This document shows positions 47,000-58,724 of a DNA stretch of 64,000 nucleotides, one piece after another. A program made the translations under genes and the position numbers. The notes beneath the pieces are model-generated. The model worked only from the letters and a program-made list of their open reading frames with translations, made no database searches and had not been told where the DNA came from. Source of the stretch: an uncultured Acidobacteriota bacterium (GTDB taxonomy: Bacteria; Acidobacteriota; Thermoanaerobaculia; Multivoradales; UBA5704); NCBI GenBank assembly GCA_963770895.1, contig CAVYRF010000002.1:2528001-2592000 (forward strand), read 5' to 3'. Positions within the stretch are counted from its first letter, which is position 1, and the number at the start of each line of letters is the position of its first letter.

Positions 47000-48222
47000 G
47001 CGGCCGCGCGCTCCGACAGCAGCACCAGGATCGCCGTCTGGTTGTAGAAGGCCAGGTCGCCCCGGTCGGTAGGACCGATCTCGGCGAAGGTGAAGAAGCC
47101 GGACAGGGCGGCGCCGCCCAGGGCGGCGGCGATCGACGCCGGCTCGACGCCGGCGCTATCTCCCAGAACCACCTCGCGGCCGACGCAGGAATAGAGGATC
47201 GCCGCTTCCGGCCGACCGGCGCTCGCGGCGGCCGCGGGGGCGGCGGAGGCGCCGGCGGCGGCGGCGGTGCGCGCCAGCGACAGGTCGTTGCCCATGCCGA
47301 GCCGCACCCGGTCGCCGGTTTCGATGCTGCCCCAGAAGGTGACGGCGCCCGGCGGCTGGTCGAAGAAGCGCATGCTGCGATAGACCCCCTGGCGGTCGGC
47401 GCCCGGCCCTTCCAGGATCAGCGGAAAGCGGTAGGCGGATTCGGGCATCGGCGCCAGCTGGCCGTCCACCGTGAAGAAGCGCCGGTACCAGTCGGTCGCG
47501 GCGACGCCGTCGATCTGGAACGCGACGTTGCCGGCGGCGCGGTCGACGGTATAGACGGGCGACGCCGGGTCCCAGCCGCGCACCACTTCGATGCGCATCT
47601 GGACGCCGTGGAACAGCACCGCCAGGCAGGCCGAGGCCAGCACCCGCTCCTGGAAGAAGACGCGCGCGCCGGGCTCCGACACCGGTTCCCGTTGCGAGGC
47701 CAGGCCGCCGGCGACCAGCGGCTTGACGGTCCCCCCCGTTCGGCCCGCGCCGCCGGGCGCTTCGCCGCAGGCGGCAAGGTGATGCCGCAGGTCGGTCAGG
47801 AACCGCTCGATGGGGAAGCGCAGGCCGTCCACCAGCAGCAGGGCGCCGTCGGCCGCCGCCAGCCGCCGGGCGAGGGCGGCCGAGCGCTCGGCCGGCGGCG
47901 GCGATTGGTGGCTGCCTTCGATGACGTCCACCGCGGTGCTGTGGCCGGGCACCGCGAACCAGAACAGCTGCACGCTGCCCGAGCAGGTCAGCGCCTGGTC
48001 CGCGAACTGCGTCACCGCCTCGCAGCCGAAGCGCAGGCTGCCCGGCCACAGGGCGGCCATGGTGGCGAGCGTCGCCGGCAGGTGCTCGTTGGCAGGCAGG
48101 AAGGCGAGCGCCAGGTCGGGCTGGTGACCGCGCAGCGCGCTGGTGGGGGGCAGTTCGCCCGCTTGGCGCAGAAATTCCGCGGGACAGGGTCCAACGGGCA
48201 GCTGGACAGTTCGGCTGTGCAT
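46996..48222 (-). CDS. FIST-domain sensory protein (NosP-like)
   Basis: LLLVDGL, VAGGLAS, GWDPAS..YTV, FPL, YSCVGR, SGFFTFAEIGP, FYNQTAILV. Confidence 0.82.
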   Translation of the reverse strand: MHSRTVQLPVGPCPAEFLRQAGELPPTSALRGHQPDLALAFLPANEHLPATLATMAALWPGSLRFGCEAVTQFADQALTCSGSVQLFWFAVPGHSTAVDVIEGSHQSPPPAERSAALARRLAAADGALLLVDGLRFPIERFLTDLRHHLAACGEAPGGAGRTGGTVKPLVAGGLASQREPVSEPGARVFFQERVLASACLAVLFHGVQMRIEVVRGWDPASPVYTVDRAAGNVAFQIDGVAATDWYRRFFTVDGQLAPMPESAYRFPLILEGPGADRQGVYRSMRFFDQPPGAVTFWGSIETGDRVRLGMGNDLSLARTAAAAGASAAPAAAASAGRPEAAILYSCVGREVVLGDSAGVEPASIAAALGGAALSGFFTFAEIGPTDRGDLAFYNQTAILVLLSERAAA

Positions 48223-48416
48223 CGCCGTGCAGGCGCGCCCCTGAATGGGCGCACCGGCAGGTTCCGCGCCCGGTGCGGCTCCTCACCGCTCGCGAGAGGA
48301 TTTCATTGTACGCTCGCAAACCGCCCTGTCAAAGGGTCTGGACTGTGCCAGTCGTGATACCCGCGGTGTGACGGCGCCGCCCGTGATGGCGGCAGGCGCG
48401 GGGCGGCGTCCGCGGC

Positions 48417-50087
<1,671 letters not shown>

Positions 50088-50136
50088 GACGGCATTATAT
50101 GGACGTGGAGGGGAGGCCTCGAGCGAGAGCGGCGGG

Positions 50137-50183
50137 TCCCTTCCATTTGGGGTGGTGGAGGGCCTGGCCACTAGATATTGTGG
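50137..50183 (+). promoter_or_regulatory. Tandem NrdR boxes upstream of nrdJ
   Basis: CCACTAGATATTGTGG (50168-50183) matches acaCwAtATaTwGtgt; a degenerate copy TCCCTTCCATTTGGGG lies 31 bp upstream. Confidence 0.8.
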
Positions 50184-50191
50184 TTTGTCCG

Positions 50192-50220
50192 TTGACATGT
50201 GTGGCCCCTTGTAGTAATTT
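50192..50220 (+). promoter_or_regulatory. sigma70-type promoter of nrdJ
   Basis: TTGACA, 17 bp spacer, TAATTT, adjacent to the NrdR box. Confidence 0.65.
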
Positions 50221-50266
50221 CGACTGGTTTCGTCACTCTGACATTCGAACTTCGAGGAGAGATCGC

Positions 50267-53212
<2,946 letters not shown>

Positions 53213-53232
53213 GCGGGCGGGCGCCCCGGTCC

Positions 53233-53261
53233 CCGTCCCCTCCCGCCAAGGGAGGGGACGG
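53233..53261. terminator. Stem-loop between nrdJ and the convergent peptide gene
   Basis: 12-bp perfect stem CCGTCCCCTCCC/GGGAGGGGACGG with 5-nt loop; no U-tract. Confidence 0.55.
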
Positions 53262-53314
53262 CCAGGCGGGCTAGTGGACAGTGGTGGGCTAGGCCCGGCA
53301 GGTCGCTTTGGTGA

Positions 53315-53482
53315 TCAACACGCTGAGCCGCAATTGCTGGCAACAAACAGGTTACAGGAACCACCACAGGTGCGCCCTGTCCCCTCACCGGCAGCGACAC
53401 CCCCCAGGCGGTCCGGCGAGAGCTGGCGAAGGGTTTCGCGGTTCAGGCGCATCGCTTGGACAGTGACTTGCAATTTCTTCAT
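53315..53482 (-). CDS. Putative RiPP (class I lanthipeptide-like) precursor, 55 aa
   Basis: MKKLQVTVQAMRLNRETLRQLSPDRLGGVAAG-EGTGRTCGGSCNLFVASNCGSAC; GAGGAG RBS. Confidence 0.75.
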   Translation of the reverse strand: MKKLQVTVQAMRLNRETLRQLSPDRLGGVAAGEGTGRTCGGSCNLFVASNCGSAC

Positions 53483-53507
53483 GTTGCGCTCCTCAGTTAT
53501 TGTTTGC

Positions 53508-53536
53508 AGACTAGCAAGGGCAGTGACGGGTGGCAA
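53508..53536 (-). promoter_or_regulatory. Promoter of the peptide gene
   Basis: TTGCCA, 17 bp spacer, TAGTCT with extended TG on the minus strand. Confidence 0.6.
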
Positions 53537-53590
53537 GCCGGGGGTATCGGTCCGCTTTCGCGGGCGGGGGGTTTGCCTTATGCTTAGGGG

Positions 53591-54085
53591 ATGACAGCCC
53601 GCCGCCCTGCCGCTTTTCTGGTTTCGATCGTTGCCGTGCTGCTTTTGCTTGCTTGCAGCGACGGCTCCAGCGCCGCCGACCCCAAGGTCGATTTCAGGTT
53701 GAAGACCACCGACGGCCGCACTCTTGGGCCGCGTGATTTTGCGGGGCAGGTGGTGGTGGTGGACTTCTGGGCGACCTGGTGCGGACCGTGCCGGATGCAG
53801 GCCCAGATCCTGGAGCCGCTGTGGCGGGAGGTGAAGGGGCACGGCGTGCAGTTCCTGGCCGCCGACATGGGGGAGCCGGAAGAGACCGTGCGCGGTTTCC
53901 TGCACCTCAATCCGATGCCCTACCCGGTGCTGCTCGACCAGGACAGCCGCATCTCCGACAGCCTCAACATCACCGCCCTGCCCACCCTGATGGTCATCGA
54001 CAAAAAGGGCGGCGTGCGCTACCTCCAGCCGGGGCTGGCGGACGGCGACACCATCAAGCGCATCATCCGCCAGGCCGGCGGCTGA
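53591..54085 (+). CDS. TlpA/ResA-family thiol-disulfide oxidoreductase lipoprotein
   Basis: Lipobox LLAC, DFWATWCGPC, LPT cis-Pro loop. Confidence 0.9.
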   Translation: MTARRPAAFLVSIVAVLLLLACSDGSSAADPKVDFRLKTTDGRTLGPRDFAGQVVVVDFWATWCGPCRMQAQILEPLWREVKGHGVQFLAADMGEPEETVRGFLHLNPMPYPVLLDQDSRISDSLNITALPTLMVIDKKGGVRYLQPGLADGDTIKRIIRQAGG

Positions 54086-54399
54086 TCAGACCTTTCCCCC
54101 AGATCGCCATCGGCACCTGATCCGCTGAGCGCGGCTGCGGGTGACTGACCAGACGCGCCCCGCAAAGATCCTGGCGGTAGCTGGCCGATAGCGCCGGTCG
54201 GCCGGTCGCAATCTGCGCCGCGCGCCGATGCGCGGGACCGGCAGCCTGTTCCAACAGGAATCTCGACAAGCCGTAGCGGCGGCCACTTGAGCGGGCGGCC
54301 TGGAGGGTGTGGCGTTCAGGTGCGTCGGCCGCTGCCGGTGTGTCTGGCCGGCAGCGGCGGGTGTCCCGGTTGCAGAATGGGCTTCGGACCGACCTTGGG

Positions 54400-55047
54400 T
54401 CAGTCGAGCACGACGAGCGCCACGCGGCGGTTTTGGGCGCGGCCGTCGCGGGTTTTGTTGTCGGCGACGGGCGCGGTCTTGCCGTAGGAGATGACGTTCA
54501 TGCGGTGCAGGGGGAAGCCTTCCTTCTGGTTGAGGTAGCGATAGACCGCCTGGGCGCGGGCCAGGCCGAGCGCTTCGTTGTACTTGTCGGAGCCGACGTT
54601 GTCGGTGTGGCCCTGGACTTCGACGTAGACCGGCTTGTTGTCGTCCTTGACCTTCTTGGCGAAGTCGTCCAAGGCCTGCTGGGCGCCGGGCGACAGCTGG
54701 CTGCGGTTGAAGCCGAACTTGACGTTCTGGTCGGTCAGGACGGTTTCGTAGAGAAACTTGCCCTCGGCCAGCTTGCCGGCTTCCTGCGCGCGCTGCAAGG
54801 CTTCCTGCGCGGTCTTGGACAGCTCACCCACCTTCTGGTCGGTGGCGGCGATCTTCTGGTCTTCGCCGTTCAGGCGCTGCTCATGGTCGCCCAACTTGGT
54901 CTGGGTCTGCTCGACCTGGCCCTGCACCTGGTCCACCCGGGTGTTGACGGTGCCGGTCTGCTCCTGCACATATTTCTTGGTGGCGCAACCAGTTGCCGGC
55001 ACCACCAACAGCGCAGCGGCGAGGAGAGCCCACGATTTGGTCTGCAT
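54400..55047 (-). CDS. OmpA-family lipoprotein with N-terminal coiled coil
   Basis: Lipobox ATGC, VQGHTDNVG, LGLARAQAV, SYGKTAP, AQNRRV; AAGGAGG RBS. Confidence 0.9.
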   Translation of the reverse strand: MQTKSWALLAAALLVVPATGCATKKYVQEQTGTVNTRVDQVQGQVEQTQTKLGDHEQRLNGEDQKIAATDQKVGELSKTAQEALQRAQEAGKLAEGKFLYETVLTDQNVKFGFNRSQLSPGAQQALDDFAKKVKDDNKPVYVEVQGHTDNVGSDKYNEALGLARAQAVYRYLNQKEGFPLHRMNVISYGKTAPVADNKTRDGRAQNRRVALVVLD

Positions 55048-55119
55048 GAGATGTACCTCCTTGGACATGAAGCGTGAAGAGGAGAACGAGCCCCTTTTGA
55101 GCGCGTTGCCGCCTCCGGT

Positions 55120-56070
55120 TCAGCCGCCGGCAGGCGGCGGTCCTTGATAGCCCTGGCGGAAGATCACGGTCGCCCGGTCTCCCAGCCCTTTGGCGCGAAG
55201 CTCGATCCGCAGGTGGCGATAGGCGCGCGCCCCCTGGCGGGTCGTAAATCCCAGGACGTACTGGTGCCGAAGGTCTGCTTCGATGGCCTGCAGAGCCTTC
55301 GGGAGATCCTGCGGGCCGCCGATCGGATAATAGCGGCCGCCGGTGGTCAGGGCGAGCAGGTTGAGCACGTCGGCATAGCGGTACTCCTTTTTGCCGTCCG
55401 CCGAAAGCGCGTACGGGCTGCCGGAGCCCAGGCCGAGCACGTAGACCGGCACCTCCGCCGCGCGGACGATCTGGCGCGCCTGGTCGGGCTGCAGGGTGCT
55501 GGCGTTGTCCAACCCGTCGGTCACCACGACGGCGAAGCGCCGGCTGTTGTGCCCTTCCGCGGAGATGTCGGGGATCCAGGCGACGGCATCGTGCAGCGCC
55601 GTCGTGCCGTAGCCCTGCCACAGGCTGACCGCGTCGCCCAGGGCGCCTAAGTCGGTGGTGAAGGGCACTTCGACCTGACCGCGGCCGCCGGCAAAGGAGG
55701 CGATCGCGAACTCGTCGCCGGCGCCGGCCTTGCTCAGAAAGTAGCGCACCACGGCGCGGCTCTCTTCGATCTTGCCGCCGGTTCCCATGCTGCCCGACAG
55801 GTCTTGCAGGAAGACCAGGCTGGTGGGCGCTTCGGTGTTCTTGTCGAAGCTTTGAATGGGCACCGGCCGGTCGTCGACATAGAGGCGGAAGTCCTTGCCC
55901 TCCAAGTTTTGGGCGTACCCCGATCGGGTCCGGACGAGCACCGGCACCAGCACCTGCGTCACGGACAGGGTATCCTCGAACGCCGGCGTCGACGGGGCGG
56001 GTGCGAGCGCCGCCGGGGGAGGGGGCGCGGCCAATAGCAACAGAGGGAGCGTCCAGCGCACCGGATTCAT
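55120..56070 (-). CDS. Exported VWA-domain protein (acidobacterial VWFA-related type)
   Basis: Signal peptide, DLSGSM MIDAS, GTTALHDA, VTDGLD, TGG, LRHQYVLGF. Confidence 0.85.
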   Translation of the reverse strand: MNPVRWTLPLLLLAAPPPPAALAPAPSTPAFEDTLSVTQVLVPVLVRTRSGYAQNLEGKDFRLYVDDRPVPIQSFDKNTEAPTSLVFLQDLSGSMGTGGKIEESRAVVRYFLSKAGAGDEFAIASFAGGRGQVEVPFTTDLGALGDAVSLWQGYGTTALHDAVAWIPDISAEGHNSRRFAVVVTDGLDNASTLQPDQARQIVRAAEVPVYVLGLGSGSPYALSADGKKEYRYADVLNLLALTTGGRYYPIGGPQDLPKALQAIEADLRHQYVLGFTTRQGARAYRHLRIELRAKGLGDRATVIFRQGYQGPPPAGG

Positions 56071-56156
56071 AGCAAAAATCGCATGTGCAAGAGGCAGGCC
56101 AAAGTCAGCACCCCTGAGATCCGCGGCCGCCGTGCCGCCGCACCGCCGGAGAGACC

Positions 56157-56414
56157 ATGAGCGACGAGATCAATATCCGCAATATCTCAGTAGTTTGCGG
56201 CAACTGCCACACCTACCAGACGCTGACCTCGTTTTCGCGCCGCGAAGGCTGGAACGTCTATGTATATGAGTGCGAGAACGACCGCTGCGACCCCGCGGTG
56301 ACGCGCACCCTGATCGAGGTGCCGCGCGAGATGGATTCCTTCGCGCGCCGCGATCCCGGCTGGCGCGGAGGCGGCAAGCACGGCGCCGAGGGTGACGGCA
56401 ATCCGACCGATTGA
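56157..56414 (+). CDS. Small zinc-ribbon-like protein
   Basis: CGNC...CENDRC; GGAGAG RBS. Confidence 0.7.
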   Translation: MSDEINIRNISVVCGNCHTYQTLTSFSRREGWNVYVYECENDRCDPAVTRTLIEVPREMDSFARRDPGWRGGGKHGAEGDGNPTD

Positions 56415-56490
56415 GGCGGTTGCGGCGGCTCCCGGCGCCGAAGGTGACGGCAATCCGACCGACTGAGGCGGTTGCGGCGGCTCCCGGCGC
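56381..56490. repeat. 52-bp tandem duplication
   Basis: 56381-56432 and 56433-56484 differ at 2 positions; CGGCGC at all junctions. Confidence 0.9.
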
Positions 56491-56631
56491 TGTTCGTGCG
56501 CGCGGTCGTGCCGTTCTGGCACATGCTGAATCCGGTGTGCTACGCTGCGCCGCCGGGCCGGGTCCGCCGGCACTCCATCCACCGCCGCGCCGCGGTCTGC
56601 ACGGCTGTACGGATCACGCAAGGGATTCCCA

Positions 56632-57696
56632 ATGAAGACGATCGTTCACATCGTCGGCACCGGCACGATCGGCGAGCCGCTGCTGGGTCTCTTCACCGAC
56701 TTTCGCGAGCGGATGAAGATCGATGAAGTGACGTTCCACAAGCGCACGCCGCTGCCCTCCGACCGGGCGCGGCTCAACCACCTGATCGCGCGCGGCGCCC
56801 ACCTGGCCGTCGAATCCGACGTGATCGGCGAGTTCGAGCGGCTCGGCCACAAGGTGACCTTGACCGCCGAAGAAGCCCTGGCGCGCGCCACCGTGGTGGT
56901 CGACTGCACGCCGGCCGGCAACGAGAACAAGGAAAAGTTCTACCGCGGCCTCGCCGGCCCCAAGGGGTTCCTGGCGCAGGGCAGCGAGTTCGGTTTCGGC
57001 AAGCCCTACGCCTACGGCATCAACGACGAAGTGCTGGTGCCGGGGCAGGACCGCTTCGTGGAAATCGTCTCTTGCAACACCCATAACATCGCCACCTTGA
57101 TCAAGACGCTGTGCGACGACGGCGAGGCCGGCTACAACCTGGGGCGCGGGCGCTTTGTCTGTATGCGGCGCGCCAACGACGTGTCGCAAGCCGATGCCTA
57201 CGTGCCGGCACCCAACGTCGGCAGGCACGACGACGCCGAGTTCGGCACCCACCATGCCCGCGACGCCTGGCACGTGTTCGAGACCCTGGGCAAGGATCTG
57301 GACCTGTTCTCGAGCGCGGTCAAGCTCAACACCCAATACATGCATTCGATCTGGTTCAACCTGGAGCTGAACCGCGACACCACGGTCGAAGAGGTGCGGC
57401 ACCGCCTGCAGGAGAACCCGCGCGTGGCGGTGACCGACAAGCGCTACGCCAACCTCATCTTCAGCTTTGGCCGCGACCACGGCTACTATGGCCGTATCCT
57501 GTCGCAGACGGTGGTGGTGCTGCCGACGCTCACGGTGCACCGCAAACGCGAGGTATACGGCTTCTGCTTCACTCCCCAGGACGGCAACTCCCTGCTCTCG
57601 TCGATCGCCGCCGCCCTGTGGCTGATCGAACCCGACTGGAGCAGCGTGGCGAGCCGGCTGCATGCGGTGAACCGCTGGCTGTACCGCGAGATCTGA
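56632..57696 (+). CDS. Archaeal-type (class II) GAPDH-like dehydrogenase
   Basis: VGTGTIG, VDCTPAG, QGSE, VSCNTH, RRANDV, THHARD, MHSI. Confidence 0.7.
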   Translation: MKTIVHIVGTGTIGEPLLGLFTDFRERMKIDEVTFHKRTPLPSDRARLNHLIARGAHLAVESDVIGEFERLGHKVTLTAEEALARATVVVDCTPAGNENKEKFYRGLAGPKGFLAQGSEFGFGKPYAYGINDEVLVPGQDRFVEIVSCNTHNIATLIKTLCDDGEAGYNLGRGRFVCMRRANDVSQADAYVPAPNVGRHDDAEFGTHHARDAWHVFETLGKDLDLFSSAVKLNTQYMHSIWFNLELNRDTTVEEVRHRLQENPRVAVTDKRYANLIFSFGRDHGYYGRILSQTVVVLPTLTVHRKREVYGFCFTPQDGNSLLSSIAAALWLIEPDWSSVASRLHAVNRWLYREI

Positions 57697-58724
57697 ACCC
57701 GCGTCCGGCACGCCCGCGCGGCGACGACGATGCCGCGCTGCGCCCAGCCGAGCTGTGCCTGGGCGACCTGACCATCGAGGGGCTGTCGCTGGCCGGCGAC
57801 CAGACCTGGTTCCGCGTCCGCCCGCCCGGCCTGGCCTTCGACGTCGGCAGGGGCGCGGCGCAGCTCGCCGGCGCGCACGACATCTTCCTGTCCCACGGAC
57901 ACCTCGACCACGCCCTGGGCCTGCCCTACGTCCTGTCGCAACGGTCTCTGCACCAACATGCCGCCACCCGCGTCTTCTGCCCGGCGCCGATCGCCAAGCC
58001 GCTGACCATGCTGATCGAAGCCGCCGCCCAGCTGGAGCGCGTCCACTACGCCTGCGAGATCGTGCCGCTCGCCGTGGGCGATCGCGTCCCGGTGGCCCGC
58101 GACCTCACCATCGAGGCCTTCGCCACCGATCACGTCGTCCCCAGCCTGGGCTACCACCTGCATCGCCGCAAGCAGCACCTCGCCGCCGCCTTCGTCGGCC
58201 TGGCCGGCAACGAGCTCGCCGCCCTCCGCCAGCGCGGCGTCCAGATCGCCGAAACTGTCGAAGAGCAGTGGCTGACCTACTGCGGCGACACCGGCCCCGC
58301 CGTCTTCGACCTCAGCCCAGCCCTGTTCGACAGCCGCATCCTCCTGCTCGAATGCACCTTCCTGGATGCTGACCTGCCGGGAATGTCGCGACCGGCGGCA
58401 GCCGCGACTGACTTGCAAGGAATGTCGCGACAGGCGACAGCCGCGACTGACCTGCCGGGAATGTCGGGCCAGGCGACAGCCCCGACCGACCTGCCAGCCC
58501 CGACCGAGCTGCCAGGAGGCGGCGCGCGCGACAAGGGCGAGCTGTACAAGCACCTGTACTTTTCCGACATCGAACGGGTTGCCGGGCGGTTCCGCAATCA
58601 GCACATCGTGCTGCACCACCTGTCGCGCCGTTACAGGGTCGCGGATCTGCGCGCCGCGCTCGCCGCTCGTCTGCCGGACCTGGCACCGCGCGTTCACCTG
58701 ATGACAGAGGGCTCGGCACCATGA
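57693..58724 (+). CDS. MBL-fold nuclease, RNase Z-like (Thermotoga type)
   Basis: EGLSLAG, FDVG, SHGHLDHALG, TDHVVPSLGY, YCGDT, LECTF, HLSRRY; start uncertain (CTG overlapping the upstream stop). Confidence 0.78.
   Translation: MNPRPARPRGDDDAALRPAELCLGDLTIEGLSLAGDQTWFRVRPPGLAFDVGRGAAQLAGAHDIFLSHGHLDHALGLPYVLSQRSLHQHAATRVFCPAPIAKPLTMLIEAAAQLERVHYACEIVPLAVGDRVPVARDLTIEAFATDHVVPSLGYHLHRRKQHLAAAFVGLAGNELAALRQRGVQIAETVEEQWLTYCGDTGPAVFDLSPALFDSRILLLECTFLDADLPGMSRPAAAATDLQGMSRQATAATDLPGMSGQATAPTDLPAPTELPGGGARDKGELYKHLYFSDIERVAGRFRNQHIVLHHLSRRYRVADLRAALAARLPDLAPRVHLMTEGSAP
58371..58505 (+). repeat. In-frame 39-bp tandem repeat (3 units plus partial) inside the MBL gene
   Basis: DLPGMSRPAAAAT / DLQGMSRQATAAT / DLPGMSGQATAPT / DLPAPT. 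Confidence 0.88.

Noticed and set aside
54086-54399. Small ORFs or ncRNA between tlpA and ompA
   Set aside because: No RBS or recognisable motif; only a GC hairpin at 54328-54358 that is probably a terminator
56381-58505. Tandem repeats as a CRISPR array
   Set aside because: Units are contiguous with no unique spacers, only 2-3 copies, and no cas genes
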